This document shows, piece after piece, positions 13,825 to 22,389 of a stretch of 23,702 nucleotides of DNA; positions within the stretch are counted from its first letter, which is position 1, and each line of letters begins with the position of its first letter. The notes beneath the pieces are model-generated. The model saw nothing but the letters and a program-made list of their open reading frames with translations, did not search any database and was not told the origin of the DNA. A program made the position numbers and the translations under genes. The stretch comes from Deltaproteobacteria bacterium (lineage in GTDB: Bacteria; Myxococcota_A; Polyangia; Polyangiales; Houyiibacteriaceae). Where the stretch lies: NCBI GenBank assembly GCA_034670305.1, contig JAXMNT010000078.1, positions 1 through 23,702 on the forward strand. Direction: 5' to 3'.

Positions 13825-15528
13825 TCACTCCTCGGGCAAACCATGGCCAGGCACGAGCAGGGTCGAGCGGTAGGCGTCGAACTGGAAGAGGTCGCTGTGT
13901 TCTTCGTTGTGGCAGCCGGTGCAGGTCGATTCGGGCGGGTCGCGGAGCATCGGCGCTTGGCCGCCGGCGTCTGCGTGGGCGCTGCCCGGCCCATGGCAGT
14001 TCTCGCACCCGACGTTGACCAGGCGGCCCTCGAGGTTGTGGGTCACGGTGGATCCGCCCGCGCGCTCGTAGCCGGTGACGTGGCAGCCGACGCACTCGAG
14101 GTGGAACTGTCGGTTGAGGTCGACCAGCGTCGCGTAGGCGCGGCCGTGGGGGTGGCCGCTCCACCACTCGAACGCCGGGCGGTGGCAGCTCTGACAGCGG
14201 GAGGATCCGATGTAGTGCGGCTCGCCTTCGCGGACCGGGGGCGGGGTGCGATCTGCGTAGGCGGTTCGGTTGTGTTCGTTGACCCGCAGCCCGAACGCGT
14301 CGAGTCGGGTGCGCACCGCGTCGTCCTGGGCCGCATCGGGATCGAGTTCGATGTAGCGCGCGGCAAACGAGCGTTCGTTCGGCGCGCGCTCTGGGGTCCG
14401 GATGGTGCGTCGCTCGAGCTTCATGCCGTCGAGCCGCGAACGCTGGGTCGCGAGCTCGCTTGCCGCCCGACCTTCTTCCGTCCACTCGGCCAGCCGGGCT
14501 TCGAGGTGTTCGATCTCCGCGTCGAGTTCCGCCCGCCGAGTCCGCGTCGTCCACGGGCTCTGATCCACCCACGCCTCGGCGGTCGGCGCAGCGGGCAGGT
14601 GCAGGTCGACGACCGCGAGCCCCTGCCCCTGCCGCCCCGCGTGAACGACGACGCCGCCATGGGTCGAAGGAGCGATCGCTTCCTCCCGATCGAGCCCACC
14701 GAGCACCACCACATCCGCGAACTCTGCCGTCGCCCGCGCCAGCCGCCGGTCCCCCCGCACCAGCGCCACGACGACCACATCGGCAGGCCCCGGCCGCTCC
14801 CGCAACCCCCGCTCCGCCCGCACCGCCACCACCCGCACCGAGACCCCCCCCACCTCGAACGAAGCCACGCGGGCCGGCCCCGAGGAATCGGCATCGGCAC
14901 CGGATTCGGCATCGGCATCGGCATCGGCTTCGGCATCGGCTTCGGGATCGGCTTCGGGATCGGCTTCGGGATCGGCTTCGGGATCGGCTTCGGGATCGGC
15001 TTCGGGATCGGCTTCGGGATCGGCTACGGCCGAGTTCGAATCGGGCACGGCTTCCGCCTCCCCCCCGAACACCCGGAACTCCGCCCGCCCTCGCAGCGCC
15101 GCCAGCACCTCCGGCTTCGACTCGTCGAGCGTCCCCACCATCGCGGCGTCCAGGCCCGCGCCGTTGAGGATGTCGGTCAGCGCCTCCGCCTGCCACCGCT
15201 GCGTCTCGGCCGCATCCGGGCCCGCGTGGTGTTCGTTGGTGAAGAAGAGGTCGCCGGCGGACACGAAGAGGGTCGGGGCTTCGTCGCTCAGCCGGCGCAC
15301 CTGCGCGACCATCCGGTCGATGCCGCCCAGCGGCCGGCTCGTGCATCCACACGGCTCGAGGGTGCCCTTGAGATCGGTGATCGCGAGGATGCGCAGACTC
15401 GGCGTGCCGAGCGCGGGCTCGGGTGGATCGACTTCGACGAGCGGTTCGTCGCCCTCGCAATCGCAAGCGCCCACGAGCGCAGCGAGCGAGACCAGCAGAA
15501 GCAGACCAGGTCGTGCGGGCCTACGCAC
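13825..15528 (-). CDS. Lipoprotein with a UshA/5'-nucleotidase-like N-domain and a C-terminal tetraheme cytochrome c (c554-like)
   Basis: Lipobox LVGAC. TDLKGTLEPCGC...LGGIDR and SAGDLF motifs. Four CxxCH motifs: CQSCH, CVGCH, CENCH, CTGCH. GTG 15528 overlaps the upstream stop. Confidence 0.85.
   Translation of the reverse strand: MRRPARPGLLLLVSLAALVGACDCEGDEPLVEVDPPEPALGTPSLRILAITDLKGTLEPCGCTSRPLGGIDRMVAQVRRLSDEAPTLFVSAGDLFFTNEHHAGPDAAETQRWQAEALTDILNGAGLDAAMVGTLDESKPEVLAALRGRAEFRVFGGEAEAVPDSNSAVADPEADPEADPEADPEADPEADPEADPEADAEADADADAESGADADSSGPARVASFEVGGVSVRVVAVRAERGLRERPGPADVVVVALVRGDRRLARATAEFADVVVLGGLDREEAIAPSTHGGVVVHAGRQGQGLAVVDLHLPAAPTAEAWVDQSPWTTRTRRAELDAEIEHLEARLAEWTEEGRAASELATQRSRLDGMKLERRTIRTPERAPNERSFAARYIELDPDAAQDDAVRTRLDAFGLRVNEHNRTAYADRTPPPVREGEPHYIGSSRCQSCHRPAFEWWSGHPHGRAYATLVDLNRQFHLECVGCHVTGYERAGGSTVTHNLEGRLVNVGCENCHGPGSAHADAGGQAPMLRDPPESTCTGCHNEEHSDLFQFDAYRSTLLVPGHGLPEE
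14887..15024 (-). repeat. Hexamer array B3 inside the cytochrome gene, encoding (ADPE)7-ADAEADADAD
   Basis: 138 nt = 23 hexamers, including seven perfect TTCGGGATCGGC 12-mers (14941-15024); in frame. Confidence 0.95.
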
Positions 15529-16450
15529 GCAGTCGCTCTCCGCGCACCACCGCCTCGGCGACGTCGCCGCGGGCGGCGTCCGACCCGGCCAACATGCGCG
15601 CGCCGCGGAGCAGTCGTTCGACGGGGAACTCGGTCGTGTAGCCGTAGCCGCCGTGCACCTGAAGCGCTTCGCTGGCGACTTCGACGGACACCCGCGACGC
15701 GAACGCCAACGCGGCCGCTGCATCGTGCGGCCTGTCCGAGGTGGCCGCCGCGCGCGTCATCAACTCGGCGGCGTCGCAGTACATCGCGCCGTCGGCGAGC
15801 TTCCACTGGATCGCTTGAAAGCGGGCGATCGGGCGGCCGAACTGTTCGCGTTCTTGGGCGTAGTCGAGCGCGGCGCGCAGCGCGCCCCGTGCGCATCCGA
15901 CAAGCGCCGCGGCACGCACCAGACGTTCGATGCGCTCGCACGCCGCGTGGTCGGTCGCGGTCAACGTCGCTTGCGGTGCGCCCCTCGCGGTTGCTGTGGC
16001 GAAGCCGGCCCCGCGCAGTCCCATCGGGTCCACCGCGTCGACGGTGAGCTGCGCCGCGTCGAACACCTGGTCGCCCATCACCCAGAGGCTGACGGAGCGC
16101 GGCGCGAACCCGCCGTAGGTCATGCGGTCGGCGGGACGTTCACAGCCCGAACGGAGCTGCGCGATCGTGGCTGGCCCGGCGTGGAGCGCGAGGGCCCACG
16201 ACAGCGAAGGAGAGACTTCGGCAAGGGTCTGCACCACGAGCACGAGCGCGAGTGGATCGAGTCCGAGCCCACCATCCTCCTCCGGTACCAGCAGGTCGCC
16301 GAGATCGAGTTCGCCGAGCGCGGCGTACACCTTCTCGAACGCGTCTCCGCCCGCTTCGATCGCGTGGGCGTGTGGCGCGACCTGGGTGGTGGCGAACTGC
16401 CGCACCGAAGCTTCGATGCTCATGTGGAGTTCGGGCAGAGAGAAGTTCAT
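15521..16450 (-). CDS. Acyl-CoA dehydrogenase family protein (short, 309 aa)
   Basis: LLVPEEDGGLGL, MGLRG, YAQEREQFGRPIARFQAIQWKLAD, ALQVHGGYGYTTEFPVERLLR. ATG 16450 overlaps the upstream TGA (ATGA). Confidence 0.9.
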   Translation of the reverse strand: MNFSLPELHMSIEASVRQFATTQVAPHAHAIEAGGDAFEKVYAALGELDLGDLLVPEEDGGLGLDPLALVLVVQTLAEVSPSLSWALALHAGPATIAQLRSGCERPADRMTYGGFAPRSVSLWVMGDQVFDAAQLTVDAVDPMGLRGAGFATATARGAPQATLTATDHAACERIERLVRAAALVGCARGALRAALDYAQEREQFGRPIARFQAIQWKLADGAMYCDAAELMTRAAATSDRPHDAAAALAFASRVSVEVASEALQVHGGYGYTTEFPVERLLRGARMLAGSDAARGDVAEAVVRGERLRA

Positions 16451-17319
16451 CGCGGGGATCCTTGCATGGGGCGGCGGAAGCGGGCGGGCGGCGTCGGACG
16501 GAACCGCTGCTCGGGTCCCGGCGGCGCGTAGACCTGCCACGCTTGCAGGGCTTCGGTGCCGGCTTCGTAGCCGTGGCGCACGCCGGGTGGGACTTCGTAG
16601 ACCTGGCCCGCTTGGATCGGAAACCGTTCCTCGCCCATCACCATGGTGCCGTTGCCGGCTTCGATGAAGAGGATCTCCGCCGAGGTCTCGTGGACGTGTT
16701 CGGGCACCGAGAGATCCGCATCCGCATCGAGATGCGCCAGGCTGCCATGCAGCGCGCCCGAGGCCTCTTCGAGCAAGATCTTCACCCGCAGTTTGCCGCC
16801 CGCGAACGGCAGCGCTTCGACGGCGGTGGGCGCGTCGAGGATCTCGTCCGGCGAAGGCGCTTCGTGTCCGCAGGGCGTGGTGGTGCCTTCGCTCGGAAAG
16901 GGGGTGTCCGCGATGCGCGCGAGCGTGACGAGCACCACGCTGTCTTCGGTGGCGGTGTAGCTGGTCGGAGAGAGGGCGCGCCGAAGTTGTCCAGACGTCA
17001 GCCCAGAGAGCGTGCCGCGCAACACGACGACGGTCGCTTGCTGGCAGCCGTCCGCCTGCACTTCGAGGGTGCGACCGGCGGGCACCTCGATCGTGCCGAT
17101 GCGTCCTCGGGCGCCGTTCCCTGAGAGCTGGGGAAGCGCGAAGATGGGCGGCGGGCCGGGTTCGGGTGCCGGCACTGCGGGCTCCGCTTCTTCCGTCGTT
17201 GGCGCAGCGGACACCGTGGGTTCGTCGTCGCACGCACCCACGAACACGGTGGCACACACGGCCATTCCGAAGCCGGCCATTCTGAGCCCGGGGCTCGCGC
17301 GGAACATTCCGACCTTCAT
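16447..17319 (-). CDS. Cupin domain lipoprotein
   Basis: VPEHVHETSAEILFIEAGNG...GQVYEVPPGVRHG are the two cupin metal motifs; N-terminal VFVGAC lipobox. Start is uncertain (ATG 17319 chosen). Confidence 0.85.
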   Translation of the reverse strand: MKVGMFRASPGLRMAGFGMAVCATVFVGACDDEPTVSAAPTTEEAEPAVPAPEPGPPPIFALPQLSGNGARGRIGTIEVPAGRTLEVQADGCQQATVVVLRGTLSGLTSGQLRRALSPTSYTATEDSVVLVTLARIADTPFPSEGTTTPCGHEAPSPDEILDAPTAVEALPFAGGKLRVKILLEEASGALHGSLAHLDADADLSVPEHVHETSAEILFIEAGNGTMVMGEERFPIQAGQVYEVPPGVRHGYEAGTEALQAWQVYAPPGPEQRFRPTPPARFRRPMQGSPR

Positions 17320-17351
17320 GGCGGCGAGCATCGAAGGGTGGTCGGCGCCGG

Positions 17352-18209
17352 TCAAGACGCGCCCGGCCAAGTGCCTGAGACCACGCGTTCGATGCCGCCG
17401 AGGTCGACCTTGGTCTGCACGTCGACGTAGCCCGCATCCGCGAAGATCCTACGGACCTCGGCGGCCTGTTCGGCACCGAGCTCCATCGCGAGCACGCCGC
17501 CGGCGCGGAGCTGGGTCTGGCATGCGTTCACGATGCGGGTGTGCACTTCGGTGCCGAGGTCGCCCGCGAAGAGCGCGAGGCCCGGTTCGTGGTCCCGAAC
17601 GTCCGCGCTCAGTTCGTCGCGTTCGTCGTTGCGAATGTAGGGCGGGTTCGAGACGACGAGATCGAAGGGGCCTTCGAAACCGGCGAAGAGATCCCCACAG
17701 GCGAACTCCACCGCGACGCCATGGGTCTGTGCGTTGCGCTCCGCGACGGCCAACGCTTCGGGCGAGATGTCGGTCGCCGAGATGCTCGTGAGCGGTCGTT
17801 CGGCGGCGAGGGAGATCGCGACGCAGCCCGAACCGGTGCAGAGATCGATGACCCGCGCGTCGCCGGTGCAGTGGGGCAGGGCGACTTCGACCAGCGACTC
17901 GGTGTCGGGCCTCGGGATGAGGACATGCGCGTTCACTTCGAAGCGCAGTTTGTAGAAGTCGCGGTACCCGAGGATGTACGCCATCGGCTCGAACGCGCGG
18001 CGTCGTTTCACCAGCGCTTTGACGTCGCTCAACTCCTGGTCCGCGAGCGGCCGATCGAGATCCAGGTAGAGCTGAATGCGTTCGCTGCCGAGCGCGTGGG
18101 CGACCAGGAGTTCGGCGTCGAGCCGGGGAGCGTCGATCCCGCGCCCGGCGAAGTCGGCCTTCATCCACTCCAGCATCCGCCGAACGGTCCACGTCTCGGG
18201 CTGCGCCAC
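17352..18209 (-). CDS. prmC: Release factor glutamine methyltransferase PrmC/HemK
   Basis: PRLDAELL, EPMAYILG, VLIPRPDTE, DLCTGSGCVA, VSNPPYI, EPGLALFAG. Confidence 0.97.
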   Translation of the reverse strand: MAQPETWTVRRMLEWMKADFAGRGIDAPRLDAELLVAHALGSERIQLYLDLDRPLADQELSDVKALVKRRRAFEPMAYILGYRDFYKLRFEVNAHVLIPRPDTESLVEVALPHCTGDARVIDLCTGSGCVAISLAAERPLTSISATDISPEALAVAERNAQTHGVAVEFACGDLFAGFEGPFDLVVSNPPYIRNDERDELSADVRDHEPGLALFAGDLGTEVHTRIVNACQTQLRAGGVLAMELGAEQAAEVRRIFADAGYVDVQTKVDLGGIERVVSGTWPGAS

Positions 18210-18253
18210 GCTGTGGGCATGGCGTGAGTCGTGCGGGGAGGCAAGGAGTTCGG

Positions 18254-18371
18254 CCCGAAGCCGAGGCCGGAGCCGATGCCGAAGCCGATGCCGAAGCCGA
18301 TGCCGAAGCCGATGCCGAAGCCGATGCCGATGCCGAAGCCGATGCCGAAGCCGATGCCGAAGCCGAGGCCG
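18254..18371 (+). repeat. Hexamer array B4 (GCCGAAGCCGAT)n, about 19 units
   Basis: Read directly; begins immediately after the sigma-factor stop codon (minus strand) and lies upstream of prmC. Confidence 0.95.
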
Positions 18372-19025
18372 TTACTCGGCGGTGAGGGCGGCGCGGAGGC
18401 GGTCGAGGGCTTTGGTGTGTAGGCGGCTGGCCCAGCTCTTCGAGATGCCGATCTCCGCTGCGACCTCGTCGAACTGGCGGCCATCGAAGTAGAAGCCTTC
18501 GACGAGCTTGCGTTCGCGTTCGGGGAGGGTGTCCAGCAACCCGCGGACCCGAACCTTCGCCTCTTCGCTGAGGACCCGCTCCTCTGGGGTCTCGGGGGCT
18601 TCGTCCTGGCCCACCGCGCTGAGCACGAAGCTGGTGGTCAACTTCGCGAGCGTCTGGTGCATCGCTTCGAGCGTGGCCTTCGCATCGGTGCGCGACTTCG
18701 GGTCGGCGGCGCGGGCTTCGCCGAGCTGTTCGCCGATCTCGAGTGCGGCCAGGGCTTCCTGGCGTTTGCGGTGCGCGCGCCGCGAGAGGTTCGAGTCGCG
18801 CCGGATCGAGTCGATCATCGCGCCGCGGATTCGGTAGTACGCGAACGTGTTGAACTGCACGCCGCGGCTCGGGTCGAAGCGGGACTTGGCTTCGAGCAAA
18901 CCGGCCATGCCTTCGGCGATCAGATCGTCCATCTCCGCCCGCAAGTCGAACGCTGCGCGCAACTTGTGCGCGATGCTTGCCACGAGAGGTCTGTACTCCT
19001 CTACGAACTCTGCGTCGGTGGACAC
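18372..19025 (-). CDS. Sigma-70 family RNA polymerase sigma factor, FliA/WhiG-like
   Basis: DDLIAEGMAGLLEAKSRFDPSRGVQFNTFAYYRIRGAMIDSIR (region 2) and LPERERKLV...EVAAEIGISKSWASRLHTKAL (region 4). Confidence 0.92.
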   Translation of the reverse strand: MSTDAEFVEEYRPLVASIAHKLRAAFDLRAEMDDLIAEGMAGLLEAKSRFDPSRGVQFNTFAYYRIRGAMIDSIRRDSNLSRRAHRKRQEALAALEIGEQLGEARAADPKSRTDAKATLEAMHQTLAKLTTSFVLSAVGQDEAPETPEERVLSEEAKVRVRGLLDTLPERERKLVEGFYFDGRQFDEVAAEIGISKSWASRLHTKALDRLRAALTAE

Positions 19026-19158
19026 GGGTGATTCGCCGATCTCAGCTTCGTCGATACACAGGAGTGGGCGTCCCGGTCAAGCTCGGTGAACTTCCATCGA
19101 ACCACGAAACATCCGCCCCGCGGGTGCAATCGTGGACGAAGGGAAGTAAGACCGACGG

Positions 19159-19755
19159 GTGACGCGGCCTTCCGATCATGACCCCAAACGGCGTCCTCGC
19201 GCGCGCCGAAAGACGCCGGAGACGCCGCTGCCAAGCGCTCCGTCCGGCGAAGAAAAGCCCTCGCTCGCCAGTGCCGACTGTCGTCGGCGCGCTTCGGCGA
19301 CCGCGCAGTTCGGTGCGTTCGTCCGCGCCGCGATCGACGATCCCCGGACGGCCGCGAAGTTTTCGGTCGCCTACGCATCGCTCTCGCCCGTCGAACGCCG
19401 CGCGCTCCGAGCCGCCGTCGCGGAAGAAGGCCTCGGTGGCGACGAGGTCGGGCTGTTGCTCGCGTGTCTGGACGCGATCGAGACCGACGCGTTCGTCCGT
19501 CCGCGCTGGCAAGCGTGGCAGGGCGATGGACGCCTGGCGGTCGGCGCACCGGAGGTCGGCATGCTCGAAGTTCGGCGTGGCGAAGTGCGGGTCGTGCCGC
19601 AATGCGGTCCCGAGCAAGGCGACCAACCGGCCAACCTCGAAGAGACCGTCGACGAACTCGCCGAATTGCTCTGGCGGGCCCGCCGCTCCGGCACGCCCTG
19701 GCCCGACGGTGCGTCTCGGTTTGCCGCGCTGTTCGACCGCGCAGCGTACGGCTGA
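19159..19755 (+). CDS. Hypothetical protein
   Basis: 198-aa ORF that fills the gap and ends 4 nt before the thrB start; no recognisable motif. Confidence 0.6.
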   Translation: MTRPSDHDPKRRPRARRKTPETPLPSAPSGEEKPSLASADCRRRASATAQFGAFVRAAIDDPRTAAKFSVAYASLSPVERRALRAAVAEEGLGGDEVGLLLACLDAIETDAFVRPRWQAWQGDGRLAVGAPEVGMLEVRRGEVRVVPQCGPEQGDQPANLEETVDELAELLWRARRSGTPWPDGASRFAALFDRAAYG

Positions 19756-19759
19756 GCGC

Positions 19760-20725
19760 GTGGCGACGTTCACGCCGCTCGGCGCCGTCGACGCCGCCCG
19801 CGTGGCCCACGCCCATGGGCTCGGCGACGTTGCAGAGGTCGTTCCCATCGCGGCCGGCAGCGTGAACTCCAACTACGTGTTGAAGCTGGCCGACCGGACC
19901 GTCTTCGTTCGGCTCTACGAGGAACAGGAGACCGACGGGGTCGCCTTCGAGTGGGCGCTCTTGCGGCATCTGATCGCGGCAGGCCTTCCGATCCCCGCCC
20001 GATTGGCAGCGGATCCCGACGTGCCGGGTGCGCTTCGGGTCGGAGGGCGTCCCGTTGCGCTGTTCGCGTTCGCGGACGGGGAAATGAGCTGTCAGTCGGC
20101 GGTCGACGCGGCGCGGGCGCACACCGTTGGCGCGCTGCTGGCGCGCACCCACCGCGCCGGCGAGACCTTTGGCTGGCGTCGTCGGAGCCGCTTCGGACGT
20201 CCCGAGTTGCGGGCGCGTCTCGCTTCCGCCGACGCCTCGGGTGCGGCCGCCGAGATCCAGCAGACGCTGGCGCGGCTTGTGCGCGCGCTCGACGACATCG
20301 ACGCCCATTGGCCCGGCGGCCTGCCCACCGGCGTGATTCACGGGGACCTCTTCCGCGACAATGTGCTGTGGCGCGACCAAGAGCTGGTCGCGGCCATCGA
20401 CTGGGAGAGCGCTTCGACCGGCGCGTTCGCGTACGACCTGGCCACGACCATGCTCGCGTGGTGCGTGGGCGACGCGCTGGATGCCTCGCTGGTGGGCGCA
20501 TTCCTCGGCGGGTACCAGTCGGTGCGCCGGCTCGAGCCAGTGGAGCGGGCGCACTTCCGAACCATCGCCCGAAGCGCCGCCGTCCGGTTCACTGCGACCC
20601 GGATCACCGACTTCGAGCTGCGGGCCCTGGGGGGCGGCAAGAAGAAGGACTACCGCCGGTTTCGCATGCGGCTCGACGCGATCGAAGCCTGGTCGGACGC
20701 GGATGTGCAGCGTTTGCTCGCGTGA
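19760..20725 (+). CDS. thrB: Homoserine kinase type II (APH-like phosphotransferase fold)
   Basis: MATFT start, IAAGSVNSNY, LPTGVIHGDLFRDNVLW, IDW, YDLA, AAVRFTATRITDF. GTG start at 19760. Confidence 0.88.
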   Translation: MATFTPLGAVDAARVAHAHGLGDVAEVVPIAAGSVNSNYVLKLADRTVFVRLYEEQETDGVAFEWALLRHLIAAGLPIPARLAADPDVPGALRVGGRPVALFAFADGEMSCQSAVDAARAHTVGALLARTHRAGETFGWRRRSRFGRPELRARLASADASGAAAEIQQTLARLVRALDDIDAHWPGGLPTGVIHGDLFRDNVLWRDQELVAAIDWESASTGAFAYDLATTMLAWCVGDALDASLVGAFLGGYQSVRRLEPVERAHFRTIARSAAVRFTATRITDFELRALGGGKKKDYRRFRMRLDAIEAWSDADVQRLLA

Positions 20726-20822
20726 GCGGTCGCATCCGACGAGGAGTCGAGCCCAGCCACGGAGCGACAATCCCCATGTCGCCGATTGTAACGTGTCCCC
20801 GCGTCCGCCATAGAGTGCGGAG

Positions 20823-21158
20823 ATGAGCGACAGCTACTACGAGCCCGAGGATCTGGGGAAGTTCGGCGAGATCGGCGAGAACATGCCGGAACTCGCGAAG
20901 AAGTTCTTCGACTGGTACGGCGCCGTGTTCGAGGAGGGGGCCCTGAGCGCACGCGAAAAGGCCCTCATCGCACTGGCGGTCAGCCACGCGTTGCAGTGCC
21001 CGTACTGCATCGACGCGCACTCCAAGGGCGCCCTCGAGAAGGGCGCCGACCTGGACCAGATGACCGAAGCGGTGCACGTCGCCGCGGCCATCCGCGCCGG
21101 CGCCTCGCTGGTGCACGGGGTTCAGATGCGCAACCACGCAACCAAGATCAGCATGTGA
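20823..21158 (+). CDS. AhpD/CMD-family peroxidase-like protein associated with arsenosugar radical SAM genes
   Basis: YYEPEDLGKFGEI...FFDWYGAVFEEGALSAREKALIALAVSHALQCPYCIDA...GASLVHGVQM; coupled to arsS. Confidence 0.9.
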   Translation: MSDSYYEPEDLGKFGEIGENMPELAKKFFDWYGAVFEEGALSAREKALIALAVSHALQCPYCIDAHSKGALEKGADLDQMTEAVHVAAAIRAGASLVHGVQMRNHATKISM

Positions 21159-22225
21159 CCGCGACGTCTGCCGCCCGAACGTTGCGCGTGGTGTCTTTGC
21201 GAAGCCGCCGGGATCCGCTCGCCTCCGGCGATCGGCAGCGTGAACTGCTGCGGCAGCTCCCCATTGCCCGGGAATTCGAGGACGCGCTCGCGACCGCGCC
21301 GGGCCTCACACCGCTCCGCCCGACGGGGATCGACATCCTGCAGATCAACGTCGGCAAACTCTGCAACCAGACCTGCCGCCACTGCCACGTCGACGCCGGC
21401 CCCGACCGCGAAGAAGTGATGACGCGCGAGACGTTCGAACACGTGCTCGCGCTCTTGCGCCGCACCGACATCCCCCTCGTGGACATCACCGGTGGCGCGC
21501 CCGAACTCAACCCGCACTTTCGGTGGTTCGTCGAACAGGTGAGCGCGCTCGGCCGGCGGGTGCTCGACCGGTGCAACCTCACCATCCTGGAGACGGGCGC
21601 CGGACGGGACCTGCCGGAGTTCTTCGCCAAGCACGGGGTGGAAGTGGTGTGTTCGCTCCCCCACTACCGCGCGCTCGGCACCGACTCGCAGCGGGGGCAG
21701 GGCGTGTACGAGAAGAGCATTCGTGCGATCCGCACCCTGAACGGGCTCGGGTACGGTCAGGGCGGCGACCTGCGTCTCACGTTGGTCACGAACCCGGTCG
21801 GCGCGTTCCTTCCGGCGAGTCAGGCGTCGCTCGAGGGCGAGTGGAAGCGTGAACTGAAACGGCTGCACGACGTCACGTTCGATTCGCTCATCGCGATCAC
21901 GAACATGCCCATCTCCCGCTACCTCGAGTGGCTCCAAGAGAGCGAGAACCTCGAGGCGTACCTCACCAAGTTGGTCGCTGCGTTCAACCCGGTCGCCGCG
22001 GCGGAGGTCATGTGCCGCAACACGCTCTCGGTGGGCTGGGACGGCATGCTCTTCGACTGCGACTTCAACCAGATGCTGGAGATGCCGCTGCAGACCAGCC
22101 GGGGCTCGATGCACATCCGAGACTTCGACGCGGACGCACTGGCGGGACGCACCATCCAGACCGACCGACACTGCTTCGGTTGTACGGCTGGGGCCGGCTC
22201 CAGTTGCGGCGGCGCCACGGCCTGA
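21155..22225 (+). CDS. arsS: Radical SAM/Cys-rich protein ArsS (arsenosugar biosynthesis family, DUF3641-type C-terminus)
   Basis: LQINVGKLCNQTCRHCHVDAGP, DITGGAPELNPHF, MCRNTLSVGWDG.LFDCDFNQML, HCFGCTAGAGSSCGG. GTGA overlap with the upstream stop. Confidence 0.9.
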   Translation: MTATSAARTLRVVSLRSRRDPLASGDRQRELLRQLPIAREFEDALATAPGLTPLRPTGIDILQINVGKLCNQTCRHCHVDAGPDREEVMTRETFEHVLALLRRTDIPLVDITGGAPELNPHFRWFVEQVSALGRRVLDRCNLTILETGAGRDLPEFFAKHGVEVVCSLPHYRALGTDSQRGQGVYEKSIRAIRTLNGLGYGQGGDLRLTLVTNPVGAFLPASQASLEGEWKRELKRLHDVTFDSLIAITNMPISRYLEWLQESENLEAYLTKLVAAFNPVAAAEVMCRNTLSVGWDGMLFDCDFNQMLEMPLQTSRGSMHIRDFDADALAGRTIQTDRHCFGCTAGAGSSCGGATA

Positions 22226-22389
22226 GGCGTCGAGCGAGTCTCCTTTCGAGAGCTTCGTGATGAAACACACGTGCCCGGAATGGTTGGTGTTTCCGGTGTG
22301 CCCCGACATTGACCATGTCCGTGCGGACCGGTAGTTTGAGGTGCTTTCCCCGACAGCTCTCCCCCGCCCTCTCTCCGTCGAGATCCAAC

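Noticed and set aside
15330-15365. Selenocysteine recoding in the CGC motif (also considered for arsS)
   Set aside because: The codons are TGT and TGC, and both ORFs are open with no in-frame TGA.
18254-18371. GCCGAT units as sigma-28 -10 boxes (GCCGATAA) next to the FliA-like gene
   Set aside because: The AA tail and a TAAA -35 box are absent, and the same repeat occurs at unrelated sites.
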